From: an uncultured bacterium
Lineage (GTDB): Bacteria; Abyssobacteria; SURF-5
DNA length: 64,000 nt
Reading direction: 5' to 3'
Assembly (NCBI GenBank): GCA_964607485.1
Contig: CAZSKP010000014.1
Coordinates: forward strand, 49,441 to 113,440
Shown: positions 1-7,859 of the stretch, piece after piece
Numbering within the stretch: the stretch's first letter is position 1
Layout of the letters: the number at the start of each line of letters is the position of its first letter
Program-made: the position numbers and the translations under genes
Notes under the pieces: generated by a model
Database searches by the model: none
Seen by the model: only the letters and a program-made list of their open reading frames with translations
Told to the model about the DNA's origin: nothing

Positions 1-2727
1 CACGTCTTGTTCTGCTTTCAACTGTCCGATGGAAGCGACTGCACTATTGAGTGCCGCAGCAAGCGCCGGGAGCCGGTCCTTTGCATCGCCAATGCGTTTC
101 TTCTTGATGGCATCACTAATGTGGATTACGACATTAGCCACTTCTGTTATCCACAAATTGCCTGCCACCCCCTTAAGCGCATGGACATAACGGTAAGCGC
201 CATCTGTATCGCCTTCGTCAAAAAAGCGGCTCAAATCGGCGGCAGCGTTGCCGTAATCGCACGAGAATACCAGCAATGCCTTAGCATAGGCTTCCGGATT
301 CTGCCAGTGCTGTATGCCTTTTTCTATATCGACGCCATCAAGAGGTGGCAGTTCCAATACGGATTGGGGTCCGGTATCTGGTTGAATTTGCACAACCATT
401 TCGCCCACGCCTTCCGGGACCACGTCTTCCATTGTTCTAAAAAGCTTGCTAAAATCGATCGGCTTGGCCACAACAGCATCCATTCCCGCTTCGAAACACT
501 TGTCCTTTTCCCCTTTCATTATGCTGGCTGTTATGGCGATGACCGGCATATGTCCTCCGGTGCCGGCCTCCAGAGCGCGAATACGTGCCGTAGCCTCAAG
601 CCCGTCCATTTCTGGCATCTGTACATCCATGAGAACGACATCGATCTTCTCTCGCAAAAAAGCCTCCACGGCCTCACGGCCATTGCGGGCCACCGTAACC
701 TTGTGACCCTGCTGCTCGAGGCGAATTTTGGCTAGGGCAACATTCGTTGCCATGTCTTCAGCCAATAATACCTTGAAACCTCGTCGAGAACTTGGCGAAA
801 CAGCTCTGCCTGGAACGACAAACAGATCAGCCTCTTCCGGAACTAGGTCGGTAGGGGTCATGTTGACCGTGAAATGAAATGTGCTTCCTTTACCCACCTC
901 GCTCTCCGCCCAGATCCGGCCTCCCATCAGCTCAACCAACTCCCGCGCAATGGTGGTGCCCAGACCGGTACCGCCAAACCGGCGCGTAGTCGAAGTATCG
1001 GCCTGGGTAAACGGTTCGAATATCCGGCTCAACTCGTCAGTCGAGATGCCAATCCCCGTATCCTCGACCATGAAATGAAGTTGACCTTCCTCCTCAGCGG
1101 GAAGCAGTCGCATGGACACACTGCCCCTTTCCGTAAACTTGAGAGCGTTGCCCACCAGATTGATAATGATCTGCCTGAGGCGCAACGGGTCACCAATAAA
1201 CGCTCCCGACAAAGATGGGTGAATATCAAGCTGCAGCCCAAGTCCTTTCTCCCGCGCTTTCATGTTCATCGTCGCATGAATTTCCTGCATCAATCGGAGT
1301 ATACTGAAAGGACGATGTTCAATGGTCAACTTGCCGCTTTCCATTTTGCTGATATCAAGGATATCGTCTATCAATCTCAGGAGACCACTAGCGGAGATTT
1401 GTGCGATAGTGAGATGCTTGCGCTGATGTTCCGGTAGCGATGGGTCTTCCAATACCAGTTCCAAGAAACCGAGAATGGTATTCATCGGCGTTCGAATCTC
1501 ATGGGACATGTTGGCCAGAAAATTGCTCTTGGCCGCATTGGCCATTTCGGCCTGGACAGTGGCGAGCTCAGATTTCTTGCTCGCCTCTTCCGCCTCCTCA
1601 CGCGCCTTGACCAACTCCGTCACGTCAACGAAAGACGCGATGCCGCCTGTGACTTCACCCGAGGTGTCGCGAATAAGAGTGGCGTTCTTTAGAATCGTCA
1701 GGCGACGGCCATCCTTCGTGACGATCATGCATTGCCTGCGAAAAATGGGCTCTTTGGACTCAAGGACACAAAGCCCGCACTCCATCATGCACGACTCGCC
1801 CGACAGAATATTGCAGTGTTGGCCAACTGCTTCTTTCTCGCTAAAGCCTGTCAGCCGGCAAAACTCGCGGTTGACACTGGTGATGGTCTTGTCAGCGTCA
1901 ACCGTGAACATTGCGGTGGCCGCCGTATCCAGAATATGTTGCTGGAATTGGTTAATACGCAGGATTTCCGCACTCGCCTGTTCATGCTCAGCGGTCTGAT
2001 AAGCCAAGCGCTGCGCCCCCAGTCCGATTCCAGACAGCCCGATCATCAAAAACAGGGCATGGCCAATATATACCCCTCTAGTATGAGATTTCTTGATTGC
2101 CCACAGGGGTGCCATAGGTATTGAGATGCTTATTCCTCCACGTATGTCTCCCTCCCGGTACCCTTGTACGGCATGGCATTGTAGGCACTCCTTTGTAGTA
2201 ATTAATGGGCGCATCAAACGCATATAAGCCTTGCCTTCTATTTCTTCGATCGAACTAACTTCTTCCATTCCTTGTTCGAAAGCTTTTAAAGCCTGGATCT
2301 CCCAGGCGTCCGGCGCATTCTCCGGACGTATGGGATCAATGCTCGTAATATGGCCAATGGAACCATACTCTTCATGGCCCAACTCATGAACTTGGCGAGT
2401 CATATAAGCCGGATTGATTTTAGTCAGCCGGGTTCCCGAAGAAGTAGTGATTTCGCGCTCTGACGCCTTGAGGTAGGGATTAGGAGTTGCTATCTCAGAT
2501 ACCGGCACATAGACACCCCCATGTTTCGCATTCCATTCACGATAGACAACGTCTTTCTGATGCAGCGCTCTGGCCTCAGTGCGGGCCATAGAAAGGATTT
2601 CCTGTCTCGAAAGGTGGACATTCCAACCCAGTGATATCGCGACGATAACTGTCCAAACTGCCGCCATGATCCAACCGACTCGCTTCCATTGAATCGGATA
2701 CGCGCCTGTCCCTTCTAGCTTGTCCAT
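1..2727 (-). CDS. Hybrid sensor histidine kinase (DUF3365-type heme-c periplasmic domain, PAS, HisKA/HATPase, receiver, Hpt); runs off the left edge
   Basis: Absent from the ORF track because there is no stop in the window. Manual translation from ATG 2727 (AGGAAG RBS) gives WNAKHGGVYVP, CLQCH, FLANMSHEIRTPMN, NLVGNALKFT, DTGIG, GGTGLG, VLMDVQMPEMDG and HALKGVAGNL in one frame. Confidence 0.93.
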   Translation of the reverse strand, partial: MDKLEGTGAYPIQWKRVGWIMAAVWTVIVAISLGWNVHLSRQEILSMARTEARALHQKDVVYREWNAKHGGVYVPVSEIATPNPYLKASEREITTSSGTRLTKINPAYMTRQVHELGHEEYGSIGHITSIDPIRPENAPDAWEIQALKAFEQGMEEVSSIEEIEGKAYMRLMRPLITTKECLQCHAVQGYREGDIRGGISISIPMAPLWAIKKSHTRGVYIGHALFLMIGLSGIGLGAQRLAYQTAEHEQASAEILRINQFQQHILDTAATAMFTVDADKTITSVNREFCRLTGFSEKEAVGQHCNILSGESCMMECGLCVLESKEPIFRRQCMIVTKDGRRLTILKNATLIRDTSGEVTGGIASFVDVTELVKAREEAEEASKKSELATVQAEMANAAKSNFLANMSHEIRTPMNTILGFLELVLEDPSLPEHQRKHLTIAQISASGLLRLIDDILDISKMESGKLTIEHRPFSILRLMQEIHATMNMKAREKGLGLQLDIHPSLSGAFIGDPLRLRQIIINLVGNALKFTERGSVSMRLLPAEEEGQLHFMVEDTGIGISTDELSRIFEPFTQADTSTTRRFGGTGLGTTIARELVELMGGRIWAESEVGKGSTFHFTVNMTPTDLVPEEADLFVVPGRAVSPSSRRGFKVLLAEDMATNVALAKIRLEQQGHKVTVARNGREAVEAFLREKIDVVLMDVQMPEMDGLEATARIRALEAGTGGHMPVIAITASIMKGEKDKCFEAGMDAVVAKPIDFSKLFRTMEDVVPEGVGEMVVQIQPDTGPQSVLELPPLDGVDIEKGIQHWQNPEAYAKALLVFSCDYGNAAADLSRFFDEGDTDGAYRYVHALKGVAGNLWITEVANVVIHISDAIKKKRIGDAKDRLPALAAALNSAVASIGQLKAEQDV

Positions 2728-3000
2728 TGTTGTGCTTCCTTCACTTTTTCGTCCAAGTCAGGAATGTGTTCTTTTTGGCAACTCGGGCAAAGGGTAATTC
2801 TGTCTTTAGATACGAGAAAGAAAATTCTAAATCTTAGCACCTGGTATAAAGGATGCTCTGCAAGATCGGAAGCATATTTGCTCCCAGTCTTTTCCTCGTT
2901 TCGATAAGCCTCCATCTTGGCGCAGCCGTTGACAAATAGGATTGCCGCCGTATCCAGTGTCGCTGGAGTTGGCTAATACGCAGGATTCCCGCATTCACCT
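2715..3000 (-). pseudogene. Degenerate remnant paralogous to the kinase pre-PAS segment, followed by a short Cys-containing tail
   Basis: 2944-3000 aligns to 1919-1979 with a 4-nt deletion. The downstream frame is the 66-aa ORF ending ITLCPSCQKEHIPDL. Confidence 0.55.
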
Positions 3001-3071
3001 CATGCCCCCCTCATCAAAAGAGATTAGGTAATTTGCGTAAATACACTTCACCCTCTCCCCCAACAAATAGA

Positions 3072-3140
3072 TGCATCATGCGTGCCATGTCCAGGCACCA
3101 TTTCTGCAAGAAATCTCAAAGGCGATTTAACATATTGAAA
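3072..3140 (-). promoter_or_regulatory. Sigma-54 promoter with upstream IHF-like site
   Basis: Minus strand TGGCACGCATGATGCA (3087-3072) has correct GG-N10-GC spacing. TTTCAATATGTTA (3140-3128) resembles WATCAANNNNTTR. Confidence 0.55.
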
Positions 3141-3377
3141 TAACAGTTGTTACATTTAGGGGAACAGGGGCGGTCGGGGCTTGAATATAAATGGGTTGGG
3201 TGAGCTAGAATGTACATTATTGCTCGCTTTCTGCAAGCAATAAAGGATAATGCATTTTACCAAGAGTAAGATCGGGATAGAGTGCTCGGGGAGACATCTT
3301 CCACCCGTCCAATTATGGCGGTGATTGCCAGCTTGTGGCTGCACAAGCCATGTCACGGCAATATGTTATAAATATCA

Positions 3378-3424
3378 CTGGGGGGGGCAAGAGGTCGCTG
3401 GTTCAAGTCCAGTCGCCCCGACCA
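3378..3424 (+). mobile_element. 3' half of tRNA-Pro(GGG): probable att site of an integrated element
   Basis: CTGGGGGGGGCAAGAGGTCGCTGGTTCAAGTCCAGTCGCCCCGACCA contains the anticodon region, T-arm, 3' acceptor strand and CCA. The upstream sequence is AT-rich with no 5' acceptor strand or D-arm. Confidence 0.8.
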
Positions 3425-3439
3425 CATAACCATTTGAGC

Positions 3440-3473
3440 TGAGGCCGCTCAGAGAATCACCTGAGTGGCCTCA
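3440..3473. terminator. Hairpin directly after the tRNA fragment
   Basis: TGAGGCCGCTCAG-N8-CTGAGTGGCCTCA followed by a pyrimidine-rich tail. Confidence 0.5.
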
Positions 3474-3646
3474 TTCCTTCTGGATTTGACAAGTGCGGCC
3501 GTTATGGATCCTTAGTTGACAACCGACGAGAAGAATTGAACTCAGCGTGCGAGGTAATGCCGATTGGGTTCTTTCAAGTTGGCCTCGGGTCAGCAGTGGT
3601 ACGGTTTTTCGGGGACAATCTATGACTTCTCCAGGCACCGGAGGGC

Positions 3647-4870
3647 CTAAGGCCCAATGTCACCAATTTCCTGTTCCCTTTCTTTGGCCCACTCAATTTG
3701 AGAATCCTTGATTCTGGCAGCGACTGTTTCTGCCGCCAAGCGATGGCCTTCCGGCGACCAATGCGGGTCATTTTTCAGGAAGAGAGAAAAGGGTTCGGGA
3801 TGACCACGGAAGATTGGGGTAAGATCTATGCATGGAACGTCCAGGGCGGCGCATACCTCCGCCAGACGTTTTGAGGGGCGGTCCCAGTCGATATCCTCTG
3901 ACTCCGGATCCAACCCTGCATATCTGATACTGATGTCGAATATTTCCCTATCCGCATCCTCTTTTTTTGGAACGTAGAGCACGATTAAGCGTCCTCCACC
4001 TTCCATTGCCGATTCCTTCATGCGTGAAACCAAGAGACGCACCACGTCCCAAGCAAGGTCCATCTCAGGAGAGGGAGGACCATAGATGTCCACTATCGAA
4101 AAATCCATTGCGTCTTTCTTTGCAGGCCCCACTTGAGAAGCATCATCAGAAGGCTGATGCCTTGCCCTCAAAGCATTCGCCCGCCGTTGTAACTCGCGTT
4201 TGTCCTTCAGAATCCTCAGCCGGTACTCAATGAATCCGAATAGCCAGCTGTTATGACGAAACCACTGGGTTATCGGCGAACTGAGCACTTTCTTGACGGG
4301 TCGATTTCCTATCCGTAAGGTACCGTCCTCTGCAATCACGGCCACGGGGCGCGTGCCCTGTTGGTCATCGAAGTTATCCCTGAGGTCGTTCCAGACAAAG
4401 GCAAGCATGGTCAGGTCGGGCTTATATCGCACGCCTTCCATCTGGAGACGCACTAATTCCTGCACAGTGCTATAACCGCTGACTCCCAGGTTGATGGTCT
4501 GAGTGTCAGGAATCAATTCCTGAAGAATCGTGGAAAATGTATCTTCGTTATCCACTCCGAATCCCCACATGAAACTGTCACCCAGCACAACGATGCGTCG
4601 GGTTCCGAGAGGCTTTGCGAAATCTTTCTCGCTGTCCCGGAGCCCCCGGCTGTTGTTAGCTACATGCACGTCGAATCCTCCCGGAAGAAAGAAGCGCGCA
4701 TTAATATTGGGCAAACCCACCCACCCTGCATCAGGGTCGCTGCGGTGCAACTTCGCCGTCGAGATGACCATTATCCTGGGCTTCACAAGTCGTATGGCCC
4801 CTTCCAATATCAACAGGACAAGAATCGTGCTGATGACAACCAACGAAAGACGTTCCACCCACTGTCTCAT
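3647..4870 (-). CDS. Membrane-anchored SGNH/GDSL hydrolase family protein
   Basis: N-terminal TM helix; VLGDSFMWG, NLGVSGYS, WND, DPHWSPEGH motifs. Confidence 0.88.
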   Translation of the reverse strand: MRQWVERLSLVVISTILVLLILEGAIRLVKPRIMVISTAKLHRSDPDAGWVGLPNINARFFLPGGFDVHVANNSRGLRDSEKDFAKPLGTRRIVVLGDSFMWGFGVDNEDTFSTILQELIPDTQTINLGVSGYSTVQELVRLQMEGVRYKPDLTMLAFVWNDLRDNFDDQQGTRPVAVIAEDGTLRIGNRPVKKVLSSPITQWFRHNSWLFGFIEYRLRILKDKRELQRRANALRARHQPSDDASQVGPAKKDAMDFSIVDIYGPPSPEMDLAWDVVRLLVSRMKESAMEGGGRLIVLYVPKKEDADREIFDISIRYAGLDPESEDIDWDRPSKRLAEVCAALDVPCIDLTPIFRGHPEPFSLFLKNDPHWSPEGHRLAAETVAARIKDSQIEWAKEREQEIGDIGP

Positions 4871-4959
4871 AAGCTACGCTATCGTTCTTGTGTCGGTTAG
4901 TGGAAAGGATGTGCTTTTACCGATGATTATTATTGATATTACCGTCGCCATGAGCCTGC

Positions 4960-6819
4960 CTAATCCAACTCGAAGTCCTCTTTCCAATCGTGTGTTTCCT
5001 CCCACGTCGGCTGGGACGATTTGTCGAAGAGGTAATTCTCCATCACGAGGTAATCCATTTCCGTCCGCATGAAACAACGGTAGGCTTCCTCGGGAGTGCA
5101 CACGATGGGCTCGCCGCGCACATTAAAACTCGTATTGATCAGTACCGGGCAGCCCGTGTGTTTCTTGAAGGTATGAACAAGTTCCCAATAGCGTTCGTTG
5201 GTCTCACGATTCACGGTCTGTATTCGCGCCGAGTAATCGATGTGTGTGACGGCCGGGATGTCGGAGCGGCGGTAATAGAGGCGCTCGAAAAGCGGCAGGT
5301 CGTGGTAACCATTCGGCAATGGGTTGAGGCGGTCGGCCCTTACCGGCGCGACGAGGAGCATGTACGGCGAAGGTCGGTCAAGCTCGAAATAGTCTGCGCA
5401 ATCTTCTTCAAGCACGGAGGGCGCGAATGGCCGGAAACCCTCACGATACTTGATCTTCAGGTTGAGTCGCTTTTGCATGTCGGGGTCTCGCGGGTCCCCG
5501 AGGATGCTACGATTGCCCAATGCCCTTGGGCCGTATTCCATGCGCCCCTGGAACCATCCGACAACGTTCCCTGCCGCCAAGAGCCGGGCTACTTCCTCAC
5601 AGAGGAGTCGAAAATCCGGGTAATGGCGGTACGGCGCTTCGAACCTTCGGGCAACGCGCACGATGTCGGCTGAGCCATACTCGGGCCCCAGCAAAGAGCC
5701 TTGCATTTCGTCATGTCCGGGTGTGGGACAGCGCTTCTCATCTTTCCATATGTGCCAGGCCGCCAGCGCAGCCCCCAATGCGCCGCCGGCGTCGCCCGCA
5801 GCCGGCTGAACCCACAGATTCTTGAAAAGCCCGCGGCGCAGCAGCTTCCCATTGGCGACACAGTTGAGCGTCACTCCTCCCGCGAGCGCGATATTATCCG
5901 AGCCAGTCAGTTCAAGTGCCGTGGATGCGAGTCGCAGAAAGATTTCCTCCGTCACGTGCTGTATTGCCAACGCGAGGTCCATGTAGGACTGAGTGAGTTG
6001 GCCATTCAAGGGTCGTGGCGGAATGCCAAACAGTGCCTCCCATCGGTCGTCGTGACACATGGTGAGACCGGTGGCATAGTTGAAGTACTCCATGTTCAAC
6101 AGTATTGACCCGTCTTCGCGCAAGTCAACCAATTCGTCCAGAATCTGTTGCCGATACCGTTTGGTCCGGTCACTCTCCGGGTTGCCATAGGGGGCGAGGC
6201 CCATGAGCTTATACTCGCCGCTGTTGACTCTGAAACCGCAGTAGTAAGTAAATGCAGAGTAAAGGAGCCCGAGAGAATGAGGAAAATGCAATTCCTTGAG
6301 AATCCGAATCTCTTTTCCGCTGCCCTTCCCGATAGTCGTCGTGGCCCACTCTCCTACCCCGTCGATTGTCAAGATTGCCGCTTCCTCAAACGGTGAAGGG
6401 AAAAAAGCACTGGCTGCGTGGGAAAGGTGGTGCTCGGGGAATAATAGCGTTGGGTTGCCGTCACCCAGCTTGGCCAACTCCTTCTTCAAGAGCTGGCGCA
6501 TGAGCAGTTTCTCCTTGATCCAAACGGGCATGGCCGAAAGGAAGCTCTGCAGCCCCTTTGGAGAAAAGGCGTGATAGGTTTCAAGCAGTCGTTCGAATTT
6601 GATGTAGGGCTTATCGTAGAACGCGACGGCGGTCAATTCGGCAGGAGTGACATTCCCCTCCGCGAGCACGTAAGCTGCCGCTCGAGTGGGAAATGAGGCA
6701 TCGTACTTCTTCCTGCTGAAGCGCTCCTCCTGGGCTGCGGCTATGATGTTGCCGTCAATGATCAATGCGGCAGCGCTGTCGTGATAGTAGGCCGATATGC
6801 CCAAAATTGCTGATCGCAT
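4960..6819 (-). CDS. O-carbamoyltransferase (NodU/CmcH/SxtI family)
   Basis: ILGISAYYHDSAA, EHHLSHAASAF, DGVGE, EYKLMGLAPYG, GPRALGNRSIL, NTSFNVRGEP; start moved to MRSAILG. Confidence 0.95.
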   Translation of the reverse strand: MRSAILGISAYYHDSAAALIIDGNIIAAAQEERFSRKKYDASFPTRAAAYVLAEGNVTPAELTAVAFYDKPYIKFERLLETYHAFSPKGLQSFLSAMPVWIKEKLLMRQLLKKELAKLGDGNPTLLFPEHHLSHAASAFFPSPFEEAAILTIDGVGEWATTTIGKGSGKEIRILKELHFPHSLGLLYSAFTYYCGFRVNSGEYKLMGLAPYGNPESDRTKRYRQQILDELVDLREDGSILLNMEYFNYATGLTMCHDDRWEALFGIPPRPLNGQLTQSYMDLALAIQHVTEEIFLRLASTALELTGSDNIALAGGVTLNCVANGKLLRRGLFKNLWVQPAAGDAGGALGAALAAWHIWKDEKRCPTPGHDEMQGSLLGPEYGSADIVRVARRFEAPYRHYPDFRLLCEEVARLLAAGNVVGWFQGRMEYGPRALGNRSILGDPRDPDMQKRLNLKIKYREGFRPFAPSVLEEDCADYFELDRPSPYMLLVAPVRADRLNPLPNGYHDLPLFERLYYRRSDIPAVTHIDYSARIQTVNRETNERYWELVHTFKKHTGCPVLINTSFNVRGEPIVCTPEEAYRCFMRTEMDYLVMENYLFDKSSQPTWEETHDWKEDFELD

Positions 6820-6960
6820 CAGCCACTTAGTTCTTCCCGCACGCTTCGAGCCGTGATTGCTTCCGGGCTGTTCCACATTGTTGCCGATCTTGAGGTACAA
6901 AAAGACAGGGGGATTTTCCTGGGGCAAGTACCACTGGTTCTCTATAAGCGGAAGGCGGCA

Positions 6961-7110
6961 TCAGAATATTGTGTAAATAAAGGGGGCAATCGCCGAGCCA
7001 CTGGTGAGGAGAATCAAGGCGCCGAACAGCAACAGACTCAGAATGATCGGGAGCAACCAGAACTTCTTTCTGACTCTCAGATATCCCCACAAATCGCTCA
7101 GGAGCTCCAT
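6961..7110 (-). CDS. SxtK-like (DUF5989) 49-aa membrane protein
   Basis: Below the ORF-track cutoff. Translates as MELLSDLWGYLRVRKKFWLLPIILSLLLFGALILLTSGSAIAPFIYTIF, with the family-typical RKK.WL.P and APFIYT.F. Confidence 0.9.
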   Translation of the reverse strand: MELLSDLWGYLRVRKKFWLLPIILSLLLFGALILLTSGSAIAPFIYTIF

Positions 7111-7132
7111 AATCTTTTCCCACTTGGAGAAA

Positions 7133-7528
7133 CTAATAAGGTCGTTCGATATCTTCGGGTCCGTATCTATGGTCGCGCGTGGTAAAGACAGAGGTCTTTC
7201 CCTTTTTCCACTGATTCTTCCGCATAAGGTCGGAACCGCCCATCCGCCGCACCGCCCCCAGCGGAGTTACCACTCCGTAAAAGAGCACTGTCAGGACCAC
7301 TCTTGAGACTATCGTACCCATCAGATGGGCAATACCAAACCAGACTTTCGCCGGATAGAAGAAAAGGTTTGGCCACACCATATCAGCTACCAGGAGCAGC
7401 ATCGCCAGAAGCAAGAACCTTGGATGCTCTCCGAAGTAAGCCACGAAAAGGCAAATCAGGACTAATGCCATGCCTGTGTCTTTAGACTGGTCCCGACTTG
7501 TGATTTCGCTCGTGTTCCCTTTTCTCAT
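7133..7528 (-). CDS. SxtJ family membrane protein
   Basis: KDTGMALVL, W.G....MG...SRV.L...FY.VVTP.G...R pattern; adjacent to sxtK-like and carbamoyltransferase genes. Confidence 0.85.
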   Translation of the reverse strand: MRKGNTSEITSRDQSKDTGMALVLICLFVAYFGEHPRFLLLAMLLLVADMVWPNLFFYPAKVWFGIAHLMGTIVSRVVLTVLFYGVVTPLGAVRRMGGSDLMRKNQWKKGKTSVFTTRDHRYGPEDIERPY

Positions 7529-7570
7529 GAAAAGAAAAGTTTCCCCCCTTAGCCGAGGATTTGCGCGTAT

Positions 7571-7600
7571 ATTATATAGAGAGCTTCTGAAGCCTGTCAA
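7571..7600 (-). promoter_or_regulatory. Sigma-70 promoter for the sxtJ-like operon
   Basis: TTGACA-N18-TATAAT on the minus strand. Confidence 0.6.
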
Positions 7601-7859
7601 CTAACTGAGGGGTGGTCATAATGACACTTCTCCGAGGAGATGTGGACTTGTGTAAATCGTATGTATCAAAAAGATGCAGTTGTTGTATGGAAGGCGCAAG
7701 AAATGGGGGGGGGAAAGGTCTTCTTCTGGAAAGGTTAGTATTCTTCACTTGGGCATAGTGCCGCTTTTGGCAAAGCGAAAATAGACACCCAGTCCCGCAT
7801 ACGCACGCATCAAAATGGTAATGACACAGATTCTCATCGCTTCTTGACAATATGTTGAA

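Noticed and set aside
7-2124. Plus-strand ORFs 7-735, 874-1437, 1475-1999, 1732-2124
   Set aside because: Antisense shadows of the minus-strand hybrid kinase, which the ORF track missed because it lacks a stop in the window.
3378-3424. Complete tRNA-Pro gene
   Set aside because: The 5' acceptor strand and D-arm are absent, so it is only a fragment.
3647-7600. Saxitoxin biosynthesis cluster
   Set aside because: No sxtA, sxtG or other core genes; this module is widespread outside toxin producers.
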